Positions 1 to 11,811 are shown, counted from the first letter of the stretch. The stretch: DNA of 64,000 nucleotides from Candidatus Zixiibacteriota bacterium (GCA_035574315.1 DATLYW010000031.1:68574-132573); one strand, 5' to 3'. The notes: generated from the sequence alone by a model not told the origin. Translations and numbers: made by a program.

Positions 1-426
1 CCGCGAGCTCCGTTGCCCCGCAGAAGGGCGGCGCAACCGCACCGAGCCCAGCTTCCCGACGGCCGCTTTCGCCGGGAGGTTTTCCGCTGCCCTCATTGGG
101 GTTTGCCCCCGGCTGAGGGACCAGCGGAATCAACAGGAGCAAGCCCGCGAAGACGGCGCTTTGCTGCGCGCTTTCACCGGTCGGGAAAACGGCTCCGCTT
201 TTATCTGCGCCGCTCGGAACCCCCGTTACGTGATCGATGAGGACCATGCCGGCACGCCGGGAGAGCAAGAGGGGTGCCAGGCACTGACCCGCCGCCCCGT
301 TTCATCGGCGGAACGCGGCGATTCTTTAGTTTTTCTTTGCGACAACCGCGAGGTGGCAGTCGAAGTCGCATGCCACGAAGACTCCCATGCGACGGAGAAA
401 ATTCCCGGAGGGGGAAAGGGTTGCAT

Positions 427-882
427 CTAGCGAGGCAACTTTTTCCCCCTTCCCGTGCCGGAAAACTCGCGCCGGCCGATCTCATCGGCGATCTTGCGCT
501 CCTCCAGCTCGCGCTCGTAGCGAGACTTCTCTTCGAGCCTCGCCCGAAGCTGCTCGAGGCTCTTTACGCCGCGCAGCGCCTCGACGACCGCGGCGCGTTT
601 TTCCGCGAGCGTGCCGTCGAGCCTCGCGAGCGCTTCCCGCCGCGTCGCGATGCGCGCCGCCAGGCTGTTCCGGTAGTCGGCGTGAAGCCTCAGCTCGAAT
701 CCGGTCGCAATCCCGCCCGCCAGCGCCTCGTCGGCGCCGGCCAGCTCCCGCTCGAGCTCGGCGATCTCCGCTTCCAGCAGGTTGCGCCGCTCGTTGAGCG
801 CGCGCAGCTCCCATTGCCTCTCCTCGCGGATGCGCTGACGCAGGCGGAGCACCGCGGCGAGGCGAAACTTGAACCCGGCCAC
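427..882 (-). CDS. fliJ: Flagellar export chaperone FliJ; GTG start inferred, N-terminus uncertain
   Basis: Coiled-coil ~150 aa protein (AGFKFRLAAVLRLRQ...ELERELAGADEA) immediately downstream of fliI in the canonical fliH-fliI-fliJ order. The six-frame ORF is longer, but the upstream part overlaps fliI. Confidence 0.6.
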   Translation of the reverse strand: MAGFKFRLAAVLRLRQRIREERQWELRALNERRNLLEAEIAELERELAGADEALAGGIATGFELRLHADYRNSLAARIATRREALARLDGTLAEKRAAVVEALRGVKSLEQLRARLEEKSRYERELEERKIADEIGRREFSGTGRGKKLPR

Positions 883-889
883 GGCGCTC

Positions 890-2236
890 TCAGCCCGCCA
901 GCAGCTCGGCGAGCCCGCGGATGCTCGCTTCGAGCGGAACGTCCTCGTCGCGCCGCTGACACAGGTAATCGCGCAGCCGCGGTGCGAGCTCCAGGGCGCG
1001 ATCGACGTCGGGGTTCTTGCCGCCAACGTAGGCGCCGATCTGGATCAGGTCCTCCGCGTCGCGCCGCGCGGCCATGATCCGAATGATCTCGCTCACGCAT
1101 CGTTGGTGCTCGGGCGACGTGACGCGAGAGCGCACCCGGCTGACCGACGACAGCACGTCGACCGCGGGATAGTGGGCCTGCTCCGCGAGGCGCCGGGAGA
1201 GCTGGAGGTGGCCGTCGGTCAGCGAGCGGACCGCGTCGGCGATCGGCTCGTGCGGATCGTCGCCTTCCATGAGGACCGTGTACAGACCGGTGATGCTGCC
1301 CTTGCCCTTCCAGCTTCCCGCCCGCTCCAGGAGCCTCGGCAGCAGCGCGAACACCGACGGCGTGTAGCCCTTGGTGGAGGGGGGCTCGCCCGCCGCCAGC
1401 CCCGCCTCGCGCTGCGCCATGGCGAACCGGGTCAGCGAATCCATGAGCAGCAGAACGTCCTGGCCGCGGTCGCGGAAGTACTCCGCGATCGTGGTTGCGA
1501 TGAACGCGCCGCGCACGCGCACCAGAGCCGGGGCTTCGGAGGTAGCCGCGACGACCACCATGCGGTCGCGCTCTTCGGCGGGGAGCGTCCGCGCTACGAA
1601 CTCCTCGACCTCCCTGCCGCGCTCGCCGATCAAGGCGATGACCTTCACGTCGGCGCGCGTGTTGCGTGCGATCATGGCGAGAAGCGTGCTTTTGCCGACG
1701 CCCGCGCCGGCCATGATCGCCACCCGCTGTCCTTTCCCCAGTGTGACGAGCCCGTTGATCGAGCGAATCCCGATGTCGAGCGGCTCGCGGATTTCCTCCC
1801 GGTCGAGCGGGTTTGAGCTGCCGGCGTAGATCGGGTAGGAATGAGCCGCGATCACTCCCTTTCCGTCGATCGGCCGCCCCAGGCCGTCGACGACGCGGCC
1901 GAGCAGCTCCTCGCCCACGGGATAGTGGGCTTCCCGGGCCAAAGCCACCACCCGGCTCCCGGGGCCGACGCCGCGCAGCTCCCCGAGCGCGATCAAGAGG
2001 GTCTGCTCGCCGCGAAAGCCCACCACTTCCGCCAGCGTCGGCCGCCCGCCTCCCAGCGGATAGATGTGGCACACGCCGCCCACCGGAAGCCACGGGCCGC
2101 GGCTCGCAATCAGAAGGCCGGTGACTTCGGTCACGGTTCCGGAGAAGCGAAACGGCGCAACCGTCTGCAGCCGCCGGCGGTAAGGAAATAAAAGATCCTG
2201 GTCAGGCCCGGTCGCCGCTCGATCAAGTCGGCTCAT
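890..2236 (-). CDS. fliI: Flagellum-specific ATPase FliI
   Basis: Walker A GAGVGKST, strong FliI / F1-ATPase beta-like sequence over ~449 aa. ATG (MSRLD) at 2236 overlaps the fliH stop by 4 nt. The upstream part of the long ORF is the low-complexity antisense of other frames. Confidence 0.9.
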   Translation of the reverse strand: MSRLDRAATGPDQDLLFPYRRRLQTVAPFRFSGTVTEVTGLLIASRGPWLPVGGVCHIYPLGGGRPTLAEVVGFRGEQTLLIALGELRGVGPGSRVVALAREAHYPVGEELLGRVVDGLGRPIDGKGVIAAHSYPIYAGSSNPLDREEIREPLDIGIRSINGLVTLGKGQRVAIMAGAGVGKSTLLAMIARNTRADVKVIALIGERGREVEEFVARTLPAEERDRMVVVAATSEAPALVRVRGAFIATTIAEYFRDRGQDVLLLMDSLTRFAMAQREAGLAAGEPPSTKGYTPSVFALLPRLLERAGSWKGKGSITGLYTVLMEGDDPHEPIADAVRSLTDGHLQLSRRLAEQAHYPAVDVLSSVSRVRSRVTSPEHQRCVSEIIRIMAARRDAEDLIQIGAYVGGKNPDVDRALELAPRLRDYLCQRRDEDVPLEASIRGLAELLAG

Positions 2237-2985
2237 GGGTGGGAGGCGGCGTCCGGCAGCGTGTCGTCCAGCAGCTGGCGCCGGACCTCGGCGATCTGTG
2301 TGGGAAGGGTCGCATCCACGATCCCCAGCTCCGTTTCCAGGCGGCATCCGCCACGGGAGATGTCTTCCGAGGCGACGACCTCGATCGTTCTCGACGTTCC
2401 GTCTCCGAACCGGACGAGGTCGGGCCGGGTTTCGCTGAGCACCTCGTAATCCGCCGGGTTGAGCCAGATCCGGATCTGCTTCGCCTCGGCGACCTCGCGC
2501 TTGGCCCGCTCCAGCACCGAGGCGACCAGCCCCGGATCCTCGGTGGCGGTCTTGCCGATGATTTTTTCTGCGATTTCCAGCGCCAGGTGGACCATCTGCG
2601 GCGCGTAGCGGGCGATCAGCCTTTCTTCGAAGACGATCAGCGCCTGCGCCGCGTCTCCGAAAGCGATCAGCGAAGGCAGGAGCTCGCGGCGGCCCTCCTC
2701 GCGCCCTTTGGCGGCCGCCTCCTCCCACGCCTGCGTCCGAAGCCTTTCGGCGTCGGACTCCGCGCGGGCGACGATCTCCCGCGCCCGGTCCTCGGCCGCA
2801 AGCAGAAGAAGATAAGGAGCGATCTCGGCCGAATCGAGAAACTCGAACTGCACCGCAGGGCCGCCGTCCGGCTCCGGCCACGCAGCCGCCTCGCCGTCGG
2901 AGGGGGACCCGGAACTGACGTCGGCGTGCTCGTAGGGTCGGAGCTCGTTTTCCGCAACCCGGTCCGCGGCGATCAGCCTAGACAA
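2233..2985 (-). CDS. fliH: Flagellar assembly protein FliH
   Basis: Position between fliG and fliI, acidic N-terminus and FliH-like C-terminal domain; translationally coupled to fliI. Confidence 0.75.
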   Translation of the reverse strand: MSRLIAADRVAENELRPYEHADVSSGSPSDGEAAAWPEPDGGPAVQFEFLDSAEIAPYLLLLAAEDRAREIVARAESDAERLRTQAWEEAAAKGREEGRRELLPSLIAFGDAAQALIVFEERLIARYAPQMVHLALEIAEKIIGKTATEDPGLVASVLERAKREVAEAKQIRIWLNPADYEVLSETRPDLVRFGDGTSRTIEVVASEDISRGGCRLETELGIVDATLPTQIAEVRRQLLDDTLPDAASHP

Positions 2986-4009
2986 GGACGTCCTCCTTGG
3001 CCTTGCCCGCCGAGAGGTAGATCTTTCCTTCCGATTCGAGCCGTCGCGCCAGATCGATGATGTCGCGCTGCGCCGCCTCGACGTCCCGCAGCCGCACGGG
3101 CCCCATCGACTCGATCTCTTCCTTCAGCAGGGCGCTGGCCCGCTCGGACATGCTGCCGAAGATTTTCTTCTTGAGGTTCGGGCTGGCGGTACGCATCGCC
3201 ATCACCCACTTGTCCTTTTCGACCTCGCGCACGAGCACCTGCATGCTCTGATCGTCGATCTTCGCCAGATCTTCGAAGGTGAACATCAATTGCCGGATGC
3301 TCTCGGGCAGTTCAGCTTCGAACCCCCCGAGCCCCGCCATTACCCGTTCTTCGGTGGCGTTGTCGACGAAGTTGAGGATCTCGGCGACCGCCCGCAGCCC
3401 GCCGACCTGCTTGCCCTGAAAATGACGTATCTCGTTGCGCAGCACCTTGGTGACCTCTTCGATCGCTCCGGGCGAGATGCTGGTCAGCCGGGCGATGCGG
3501 AAGGCCACCTCGGCTTGCTTGTCCTCCGACAGCAGCGCGAAGATCTCGCCGGCATGGGCCGGGTAGAGATGGGCGAGGATGAAGGCGACGGTTTGCGGCT
3601 GCTCGTTCTGCAGGAACTGGGCGAGCGTCTTGGCGTCCATCTCGTGCAACGCGTCGATCCCCGCGGAGTCGTCTGCGTCCTCCTGGAAGATGCGGCTCAA
3701 GATGGCAGCCGCCTTCTCCGGCCCCACGGCCTTGTTGAGCACCCGCTGGAGGTACTCGCTGGTTCCCTCGGCGAAGATGTTCGCCTTCTTGAGATAGCGG
3801 CAGGTGTCTTCCAGAACCTCCTCGATGTCCTCCGGAGCGATCTGTGCCATGCGACCGACGCCCTGGCGCAGCATGACGAGCTCCTTTTCCTGGAGCTCTC
3901 CGGCCAGCGAGGTCGCCAGCTCCTCGCCCACCACGGCGAGAAAGATCGCCGCCTTTTCCGGACCGCTGAGCGCGTTCCTGCCTCGCTGCTTTGCGTCGCT
4001 TCCCTTCAC
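2978..4009 (-). CDS. fliG: Flagellar motor switch protein FliG
   Basis: 343 aa with FliG middle and C-terminal motifs (..MFTFEDLAKIDDQSMQVLVREV..), directly after fliF. Confidence 0.9.
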   Translation of the reverse strand: MKGSDAKQRGRNALSGPEKAAIFLAVVGEELATSLAGELQEKELVMLRQGVGRMAQIAPEDIEEVLEDTCRYLKKANIFAEGTSEYLQRVLNKAVGPEKAAAILSRIFQEDADDSAGIDALHEMDAKTLAQFLQNEQPQTVAFILAHLYPAHAGEIFALLSEDKQAEVAFRIARLTSISPGAIEEVTKVLRNEIRHFQGKQVGGLRAVAEILNFVDNATEERVMAGLGGFEAELPESIRQLMFTFEDLAKIDDQSMQVLVREVEKDKWVMAMRTASPNLKKKIFGSMSERASALLKEEIESMGPVRLRDVEAAQRDIIDLARRLESEGKIYLSAGKAKEDVLV

Positions 4010-5628
4010 TGGGGCGCCTCCGGCATGCCGCCGTTGCCGGTCGGCCGCCCGCGGTGGCCCTCTTCCTGCAGCCAGCCGCGGATGATCCTGACGGTTGCGT
4101 CGTGATAGTCGCGCGCGATCTGGATCAGCTGTTCCTTGCGTGGATCCTCCGCCATCACGATCTTCTGCGCCGCCGCGGGAATCTCTTCCTGAGCCGCCGG
4201 CGCCGCCGCCGGCGCAACCCGCGCCGGCTGCTCCTCCGGCGCCTTCGCCGGCGGCTTTCGGCCGCGCCGCCGCAGCAAGAAGAAACCGAGAAGGCCCAAA
4301 GTGGCGAGGACGCCCGCGGCGACGCCGATTCCGGCCGGCGTTTGCACCATCTCTTTCCAGCCTGAGGTGCCCGCGGGCTGGAGCGGGGCCGGCGGCTGAA
4401 CCTTGAAAGGAACGTTGGCCAGCTCGATTTCGTCTCCGCGGTCGGCGTCGAAGCCCACCGCCCGCTTCACGATCCCCTTGATCACTTCGAGCTCCTCCGC
4501 GGTGCGGGGAATGTACTTCTCGTTCTCGTAGCGCCCGTCGACCAGGACCGCCACGGAGAGCTTCTGGATCTGCCCGCGCGGCTCGACGATGCGGCTGGTG
4601 GTGCGCCCGACCTCGTAGGTCACTATCTCGCTGCCGCGCTTCGAGCCGCTCTCCGCGCTGCCCGCGCCTTCGCTGCCCGGAACGTTCGACTGCACGCCGG
4701 GTACGCCGCCCTTGACCGCCGTTTCATCCGACACCGAGCGCTGGCTGCGCACCACTTTGTTTTCCGGGTCGAACTCCTCCCTGGTCGTGAGCGTCTCCTG
4801 CAGGCTCATCTGCACGTTGGCGCGCACGACCACCTTGCCCGGGCCGAGGATCGGATCGAGCATGGTCTCGATGCGCTGCTGCAGCTCCTGCTCATATTTT
4901 TTCTTGAGCAGGCTCAGCTTCTCCGCCTCGGTCGCCGGCACCGCCGCGGCGATCTCCTTGAGCGGGCGGCCCGAGCTGTCGATCACGGTGACGCGGTCGG
5001 CGCTGAGCTTCGGCACCGAGCTGGCGACGAGATGGACGATCCCCTGCACCTGGTCCGGGCTCAGATGGAACCCCGGCCGGAGATCCACCACCACCGAGGC
5101 CGAAGGCTTCTCTTCCGGGCCGAGAAAATTGGAGCGCGACGGCAGCGCGACGTGGACGCGGCTCGACTGCACGGCCGCGATCGAGTTGATCGTGCGCGCC
5201 AGCTCCCCCTGGATCGCCCGCAGGTAGTTCACCTGCTGGGTGAACTCGCTTACGCCGAAGGGGGTCTTTTCGAAGATCTCGAAGCCGACCCCGCCGCCCA
5301 GCGGCACACCCCTGGCCGCAAGTTTCATCCGGGTCCGGTAGATCGCGTCGCGCGGCACCTCGATGACGGAGCCGCCGCCGGTGATGCTGTAAGGGATTTT
5401 TTCGGCCTCCAGCTCCTTGACGACCGCCGCGCCGTCCTGCGGCGAGAGATTGGTGTAGAGCGGTCCGTAATTCATTCGCTCCACGACCCGCAGAGCGCCG
5501 TAGGCCAGCGACACAAAGAGCGGCAGCCCGATGAACAGCAGCCGCTTCTGCTGCGGCGGCAGGAACGAGAGCAGCCGGGCGAGGATCGCTCTCAAGTCAC
5601 CGGCGAATTTTTCCAGTTGCTCGATCAC
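4006..5628 (-). CDS. fliF: Flagellar M-ring protein FliF
   Basis: 540 aa with two TM segments flanking a large periplasmic domain; strong FliF-like N-terminus (YGPLYTNLSPQDGAAVVKELE). Confidence 0.9.
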   Translation of the reverse strand: MIEQLEKFAGDLRAILARLLSFLPPQQKRLLFIGLPLFVSLAYGALRVVERMNYGPLYTNLSPQDGAAVVKELEAEKIPYSITGGGSVIEVPRDAIYRTRMKLAARGVPLGGGVGFEIFEKTPFGVSEFTQQVNYLRAIQGELARTINSIAAVQSSRVHVALPSRSNFLGPEEKPSASVVVDLRPGFHLSPDQVQGIVHLVASSVPKLSADRVTVIDSSGRPLKEIAAAVPATEAEKLSLLKKKYEQELQQRIETMLDPILGPGKVVVRANVQMSLQETLTTREEFDPENKVVRSQRSVSDETAVKGGVPGVQSNVPGSEGAGSAESGSKRGSEIVTYEVGRTTSRIVEPRGQIQKLSVAVLVDGRYENEKYIPRTAEELEVIKGIVKRAVGFDADRGDEIELANVPFKVQPPAPLQPAGTSGWKEMVQTPAGIGVAAGVLATLGLLGFFLLRRRGRKPPAKAPEEQPARVAPAAAPAAQEEIPAAAQKIVMAEDPRKEQLIQIARDYHDATVRIIRGWLQEEGHRGRPTGNGGMPEAPQ

Positions 5629-5668
5629 GGACGTTCAGGGCCCTGCGGCGGCGGCCGCCGCGAGCCGT

Positions 5669-5968
5669 TTACACCTGCATCCGCATGATCTCCTGATAGG
5701 CTTCCAGGACCTTGTTGCGCACCTGCATCATCAGGCGAAACGACAGGTCGGCCTTTTCCAGAGCGATTATCGTCTCCTGCAGGTCTCCCGCGCCTTCGCC
5801 GACCAGCTGTCGAATCGCGTGGTCGGCCTTTTGTTGCAGGTCGTTCACCTCGCCCAAGGCGTTCTTCAACACCGTGCCGAAGTCGGTCTTGGGCTTGTCC
5901 TCGACACCTTTCGCTTCCGGAGCGGTCGTCGCCCTGCGGATCAGCTCGACGGTCTTGATTGTGTTCAT
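5669..5968 (-). CDS. fliE: Flagellar hook-basal body protein FliE
   Basis: 99 aa with FliE-like C-terminus (LMMQVRNKVLEAYQEIMRMQV). Confidence 0.85.
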   Translation of the reverse strand: MNTIKTVELIRRATTAPEAKGVEDKPKTDFGTVLKNALGEVNDLQQKADHAIRQLVGEGAGDLQETIIALEKADLSFRLMMQVRNKVLEAYQEIMRMQV

Positions 5969-5995
5969 GGTGTCCCTCGCTGGACGTCGCGCTGC

Positions 5996-6448
5996 CTAGA
6001 ACGCGCGCCCGATCTCCAGCAGCTTTCGAATCAAACCCTTGGTGGTGTTGAAGGCGGCCAGGTTGGCCTCGTAGGAGCGCACGGCCGCCAGCATATCGAC
6101 CATCTCCTCGACGACGTTGATGTTCGGCACCGAGACGTACCCCTCTGCGTCCGCGTCGGGATGATGGGGATCGAAGATCTTTCTCGGCGGCCGGCTGCTC
6201 TGCCTGACGCCGGCGACCTCGACGGTCAGCGGCTCGAGGCCCGGTTCCGCCGCCCGGTCGCTCAGCAGCTCGGCGAAGCCGTCTTCCGCTGGCGCCGTCC
6301 TGAAGATCACGTCGCGCCGCCGGTACGGCCCCCCTTCGGGCGTGCGCGTGGTATCGGCGTTCGCGAGATTGCCTGCCACCACCGTCATCCGGCTGCGCTG
6401 CGCGTTCATCGCGGCGCCGCTGATGGAGAACAGCTTGAACAGGTTCAC
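5996..6448 (-). CDS. flgC: Flagellar basal-body rod protein FlgC
   Basis: 150 aa; N-terminal rod motif (SGAAMNAQRSRMTVVAGNLANADTT) and C-terminal SYEANLAAFNTTKGLIRKLLEIG. Confidence 0.9.
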   Translation of the reverse strand: MNLFKLFSISGAAMNAQRSRMTVVAGNLANADTTRTPEGGPYRRRDVIFRTAPAEDGFAELLSDRAAEPGLEPLTVEVAGVRQSSRPPRKIFDPHHPDADAEGYVSVPNINVVEEMVDMLAAVRSYEANLAAFNTTKGLIRKLLEIGRAF

Positions 6449-6453
6449 CGCTC

Positions 6454-6869
6454 CTACCTCCTTCCCTCGCTGATCGCGAAGCGCAGCGCGGCCAGCGTGC
6501 GCGAGAGCAGCGTCAGGTTCGCCTCGTAGGCAAGCGCGTTCTCCGCCAGCAGGGCCATCTGCCGGTCGATGCCGACCGAGTTCCGGTCCAGGCGGGCCTC
6601 GCCGTGACGGTTATCGGGATACTCCGGCTCGTAAATCGCCGCCCGCCAGTCGACCCGCGGTGCCGAAGGCCCTTCGGCGGCCCGGCCCGTCTCGCCGCCC
6701 GCCGAAGGATCGCCCTCGGCTGCGGCCCGCAGGATCGATCCAAAATCGAGGTCGCGCGGGCGATAGCCGGGCGTGTCGGCGTTGGCGACGTTTGCGCTCA
6801 GGATCTCGTGGCGCGCGGCGCGAAGGCGCGCCGAGAGCTCGAGGAGCTGCTGGCTGAAACTGAAAAGCC

Positions 6870-6882
<13 letters not shown>
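6454..6882 (-). CDS. flgB: Flagellar basal-body rod protein FlgB; internal ATG of the longer ORF
   Basis: FlgB motif [18 protein letters not shown] and C-terminal [10 protein letters not shown]. Start MAGLRLFS chosen because the upstream part of the ORF overlaps the response-regulator gene. Confidence 0.8.
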
Positions 6883-8232
<1,350 letters not shown>

Positions 8233-8258
<26 letters not shown>

Positions 8259-9492
8259 CGCTTCGCGTCTCCTCGGCCGCAGGCAGGCAGACGTTGAACT
8301 GGCTGCCGCGTCCGGGCGTCGACAGAACTTCGATCGAGCCGTGGTGCGCGTGGACGATCTTGTGCGTCAGCGCCAGGCCAAGCCCGGTCCCGTTCTTTTT
8401 CGTGGTGAAGAACGGGTCGAAGATCCGCTCCCGGTTCTCCGGTGGAATGCCGCCGCCTTCGTCGATGACCTTGATCTCGACGGCCCGGTGGATCCGCCCG
8501 TTCATCGTGGCGAAAGGCGCCATTTCCGCTTTGAGTTGCACCCGCCCGCCCGCGGGCATCGCTTCCTTGGCGTTGACCACGAGGTTGAGCAGCGCCTGAA
8601 CCAGCAAACCGCGGTCGCCCCAGATCGGCGGCAGGCCGGGCTGAATGGCGAACGCGAGCGACCACGGCGGATCATTGAACAGCGGTACGCATTCCACGAG
8701 CAGGTCTTTCATCAGCAAAGGCACCGGCAGGAGATCGGGGGAGATCGACGGCTCCGCGGCGAAGCACAGCAGGCGCGAGAGCGTGGCGTGCAGCCGGCGC
8801 GCGGCCGCGAGGATCTCCTCGGCCGCCCGCCGCGGGTCCTCGACCGCATTTTCCTTGAGCAGCGATGCGTAGAGCTCGATCCCGCCGAGGGGATTTCGCA
8901 CCTGGTGCGCGAGCTCCGACGCCATCAGGCCTAGCGAAGCCAGCCGGCGCGTCCGCGCGGCCTCCGCTTCGAGGCGCTTCAGCGTGGTGGTGTCCTGGAA
9001 AATCACGACGTAGTCGCTGCGGGAGCCTCCCGCCGCCACCTCCGAGACCACGAAGTGGAGCGGCCTCACGATCCCGTCGGGTCCCTGAATCATCTTCTCG
9101 CATTCCAGAGGGAGAAAGCTCCTGTCGCCGCGCCGGAGCCTGGCGGCCAGTGTTTTTCCCAGCAGCTGCCCGGCGCGCTCCGCGTCGATTTCCCCCGCCA
9201 GCTCGTTCAAGCGCCGATTGGCGAACGTCGGCTGCAGATCGCGACCGAGGATGAGGACCCCGGCGTTGAGGCTTTCGAGCACCGAGAGGAGATACGCCCG
9301 GGCTTCTTCCCGTTCCCGCAGGCTCTTTTCGAGCTCGCGGTGCTGGCTTTCGAGCTCGCGCGTCAGGTGCTGAGCGCGCTCCTCGAGCCTGCGGTATTCC
9401 CGAATCAACTCCAGGCTGTTCTGATTGAACCAGCCGATGAGATGCTGGAGCGACTCGACCTCGATCTCCGGTTCGCTGACCGCAATAGTCAT
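8233..9492 (-). CDS. Cytoplasmic PAS sensor histidine kinase, FlrB/FleS-like
   Basis: H-box [15 protein letters not shown]1/G2 boxes ([23 protein letters not shown]), no TM segment. ATG at 9492 preceded by GGAGG. Confidence 0.8.
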
Positions 9493-9589
9493 TCCTTGCC
9501 TCCGTTCCCGCGCGGCGGACGCGTCGGCTTCTGCCCCGAGCAAGCTCCGTGCCACGGTTTTCACCGAGGGCACGAGAGTTACTCGGCTC

Positions 9590-10705
9590 TCAGGCGCATC
9601 CTCGCGTCTGCCCGTGAGCCGCGGCCACGGGCGGTGTCAAAGAAAAGTACCGCTCCGTCAGGATCCCGACGCCGCCGCCCGCGGGCGCCAGGCGCGGCTG
9701 CAGCATGCCCTTCTTGCGCAGGCGCTCGATCAACGTGGTGCGATTCAAACGGAGCAGCTCGGCGGCGGCGGTCTTGTTGCCGCGGCTGCGCTCGAGCGCC
9801 TGACGAATGAAGCCGTTTTCGATACTTTCGAGGACGCCGTCGAGGTCCACGCCCTCGTCGGGAAGCGATACCTCGGCGGCCGCCGCGCTCCGCCGCGCCG
9901 CCGGCTGGAGCACGTAGTCGGGCAGCTCGCCCACCCGGATCACCCCGTCCTCGTTCAGGACCACGAGCCGCTCGATGAGATTCTCCAGCTCGCGCACGTT
10001 TCCCGCCCATTCGTAGCTTTCGAGGGCCTGCATCGCCGCGGGATCGATCTCGAGAGGCCCTTTGCCCTTGCGCCGCCCGTGAAGCGAAAGGAAATGGCGG
10101 ACGAGAAGCGGGATGTCGCCCCTGCGCTCGCGCAGCGGCGGAAGCTCCAGCGGAAGCACGTTCAGACGATAGAAGAGATCCTCGCGAAACTTCCCTTCAC
10201 GAACCGCCGCCCGCAGGTCCCGGTTGGTTGCCGCGACGACCCGGACGTCAACCTGCACCGGATGGTCGCTTCCGAGCGGCTCGAACCGTCGCTCCTGCAG
10301 CACGCGCAGCAACTTCACCTGCAGCTTCGGGCTCATCTCGCCGATCTCGTCGAGGAACAAAGTCCCCCTGTGGGCGAGCTGGAAGCGGCCTTGCCGGGCG
10401 TGAATCGCGCCGGTGAACGCGCCGCGCACGTGGCCGAACAGCTCGCTTTCGAGCAGCTCCTCGGGAATGGCCCCGCAGTTGACCGGAACGAACGAGCTGT
10501 CGCGTCGATGGCTGAACTGGTGGATTGCACGGGCGGCAAGCTCCTTGCCGGTCCCGCTTTCACCGGTGATCAGGACCGTGGCGTCGCTTTGCGCCATCTT
10601 TCTGACGAGCTCCTGGATCCGACGCATGGCAAAGCTCTCCCCGACCATCGCCGCAAACGCTTCGCTGCCCCTTTCCTGCGCCGCTCCGAGAACCCGATTG
10701 TCCAT
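9590..10705 (-). CDS. Sigma-54 enhancer-binding protein lacking a receiver/sensor domain (AAA+ plus HTH only)
   Basis: Walker [23 protein letters not shown]-terminal HTH. Only ~15 aa precede the AAA+ domain. ATG at 10705 with GGGAGG SD; the annotated M at 10720 is a TTG. Confidence 0.8.
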   Translation of the reverse strand: MDNRVLGAAQERGSEAFAAMVGESFAMRRIQELVRKMAQSDATVLITGESGTGKELAARAIHQFSHRRDSSFVPVNCGAIPEELLESELFGHVRGAFTGAIHARQGRFQLAHRGTLFLDEIGEMSPKLQVKLLRVLQERRFEPLGSDHPVQVDVRVVAATNRDLRAAVREGKFREDLFYRLNVLPLELPPLRERRGDIPLLVRHFLSLHGRRKGKGPLEIDPAAMQALESYEWAGNVRELENLIERLVVLNEDGVIRVGELPDYVLQPAARRSAAAAEVSLPDEGVDLDGVLESIENGFIRQALERSRGNKTAAAELLRLNRTTLIERLRKKGMLQPRLAPAGGGVGILTERYFSLTPPVAAAHGQTRGCA

Positions 10706-11028
10706 TCGACCTCCCGTCAAAGCCTTGTCGCGTCAGAAAAACGTTGGCCTTGCCGCCGAGCAAAACAGAGGCCAGCAGGAACGAAGCCGCCGCCGCCGCG
10801 CCTAAGTTGCCGACATTTTCGCTGAAAGCTTCGCCCCGCGGCGTGCCGCAACGCCGATCGTGCGGTGGCAAAAATTCGACGCTTACCCGGGCGGCGTCGA
10901 GAAATTGTCGCCGGAGCGCGGCACGCAACAAAGCCTACGGAATAGGCCGCGGCCGCTGCGCCGGCGCGAAAAAAGCGCGGGCCGGGCGGCTGCTTCGCGG
11001 CAGGATCAGGGGCGGGCGGCGGGAGGGA

Positions 11029-11745
11029 TCACTCCTCGCCGTTGACCTTTTCGAGATATTGTCTCATCGCCTTGCGGCGAACGCGAATCGTTCTTTTTTC
11101 CACCTTGAGAATCCCTTTTGCGCGAAGGTCGCGCAGGCTGCGGGAAAGCGTTTCCGGGGCGGTCGAAACGGCCTGGGCGAGCTCCTTGTTGGAAAGCGGG
11201 ATCTCCACGACCTCTTCCTCCGAGCCGGCGCGGTCCAACAAGTTCACGAGATGCTCGAGCAACAGCGCCACCCGTTGCTCGACCGGCAGCCTTGCCATCC
11301 CGACGCGCCGGTAGAGGCGAAACAGATTCTCCGAGAAATGGCGCGCGAGCTGGAGAGCGAGCGCGGGATGGCGCTCGCCGAGCAGCCGGAGCTGACGCCA
11401 GCCCATCCGTCCGATCTCGACCTGTCCCCCGGTGGTGACCGCGGCACAGGGATGGCTCGCCGCGGCGCCGTCACTGACGCCGCTGATGATGCTGCAGGGG
11501 ACCGCTAGGTCCACGATCGCTTCCTCCCCTCCAGGCACAACCGTCGTCAATTTCACGACGCCGCGGCAAATGAGATAGACTCCGGTGACCGGCTCGCCCT
11601 GATGGAAGATGAACTTTCCCCTGCCGGCCACCGAGTAGCGGGCGAGCCCATCCGAAAATTCCTTGCAGGCTTTTTCCCCCACTCCCTTCAGGAACCCCTC
11701 CTCCCGGTGCGGGCAGTCGAGGCAGGTTTTCTGCATGCCGGACAT
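11029..11745 (-). CDS. Crp/Fnr-family transcriptional regulator, FNR-like (N-terminal Cys cluster; E--SR recognition helix)
   Basis: cNMP-binding fold plus C-terminal HTH containing ETLSRSLRDL (FNR-type E..SR). N-terminal C-x2-C...C residues at positions 8, 11 and 27. Confidence 0.8.
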   Translation of the reverse strand: MSGMQKTCLDCPHREEGFLKGVGEKACKEFSDGLARYSVAGRGKFIFHQGEPVTGVYLICRGVVKLTTVVPGGEEAIVDLAVPCSIISGVSDGAAASHPCAAVTTGGQVEIGRMGWRQLRLLGERHPALALQLARHFSENLFRLYRRVGMARLPVEQRVALLLEHLVNLLDRAGSEEEVVEIPLSNKELAQAVSTAPETLSRSLRDLRAKGILKVEKRTIRVRRKAMRQYLEKVNGEE

Positions 11746-11789
11746 TGTCGCGCCAATAAATTAAATAGCCTACTTTATAGTGAAAAGTC

Positions 11790-11803
11790 TTGACGTAAAT
11801 CAA
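11790..11803. promoter_or_regulatory. FNR/CRP-type palindrome TTGAC-GTAA-ATCAA
   Basis: Read directly. Matches the FNR consensus TTGAT-N4-ATCAA at 8/10 bases, i.e. at every position outside the T5/A10 pair. Sits in the AT-rich divergent region between the fnr-like gene and the sigma-54 activator gene. Confidence 0.55.
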
Positions 11804-11811
11804 TGGTAATT

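Noticed and set aside
274-2093. Long plus- and minus-strand ORFs (274..1077 +, 690..2093 -, 869..1816 +) overlapping fliJ and fliI
   Set aside because: Arg/Gly/Pro-rich low-complexity translations typical of antisense or out-of-frame reading of high-GC genes; the fliI and fliJ frames carry clear family signatures.
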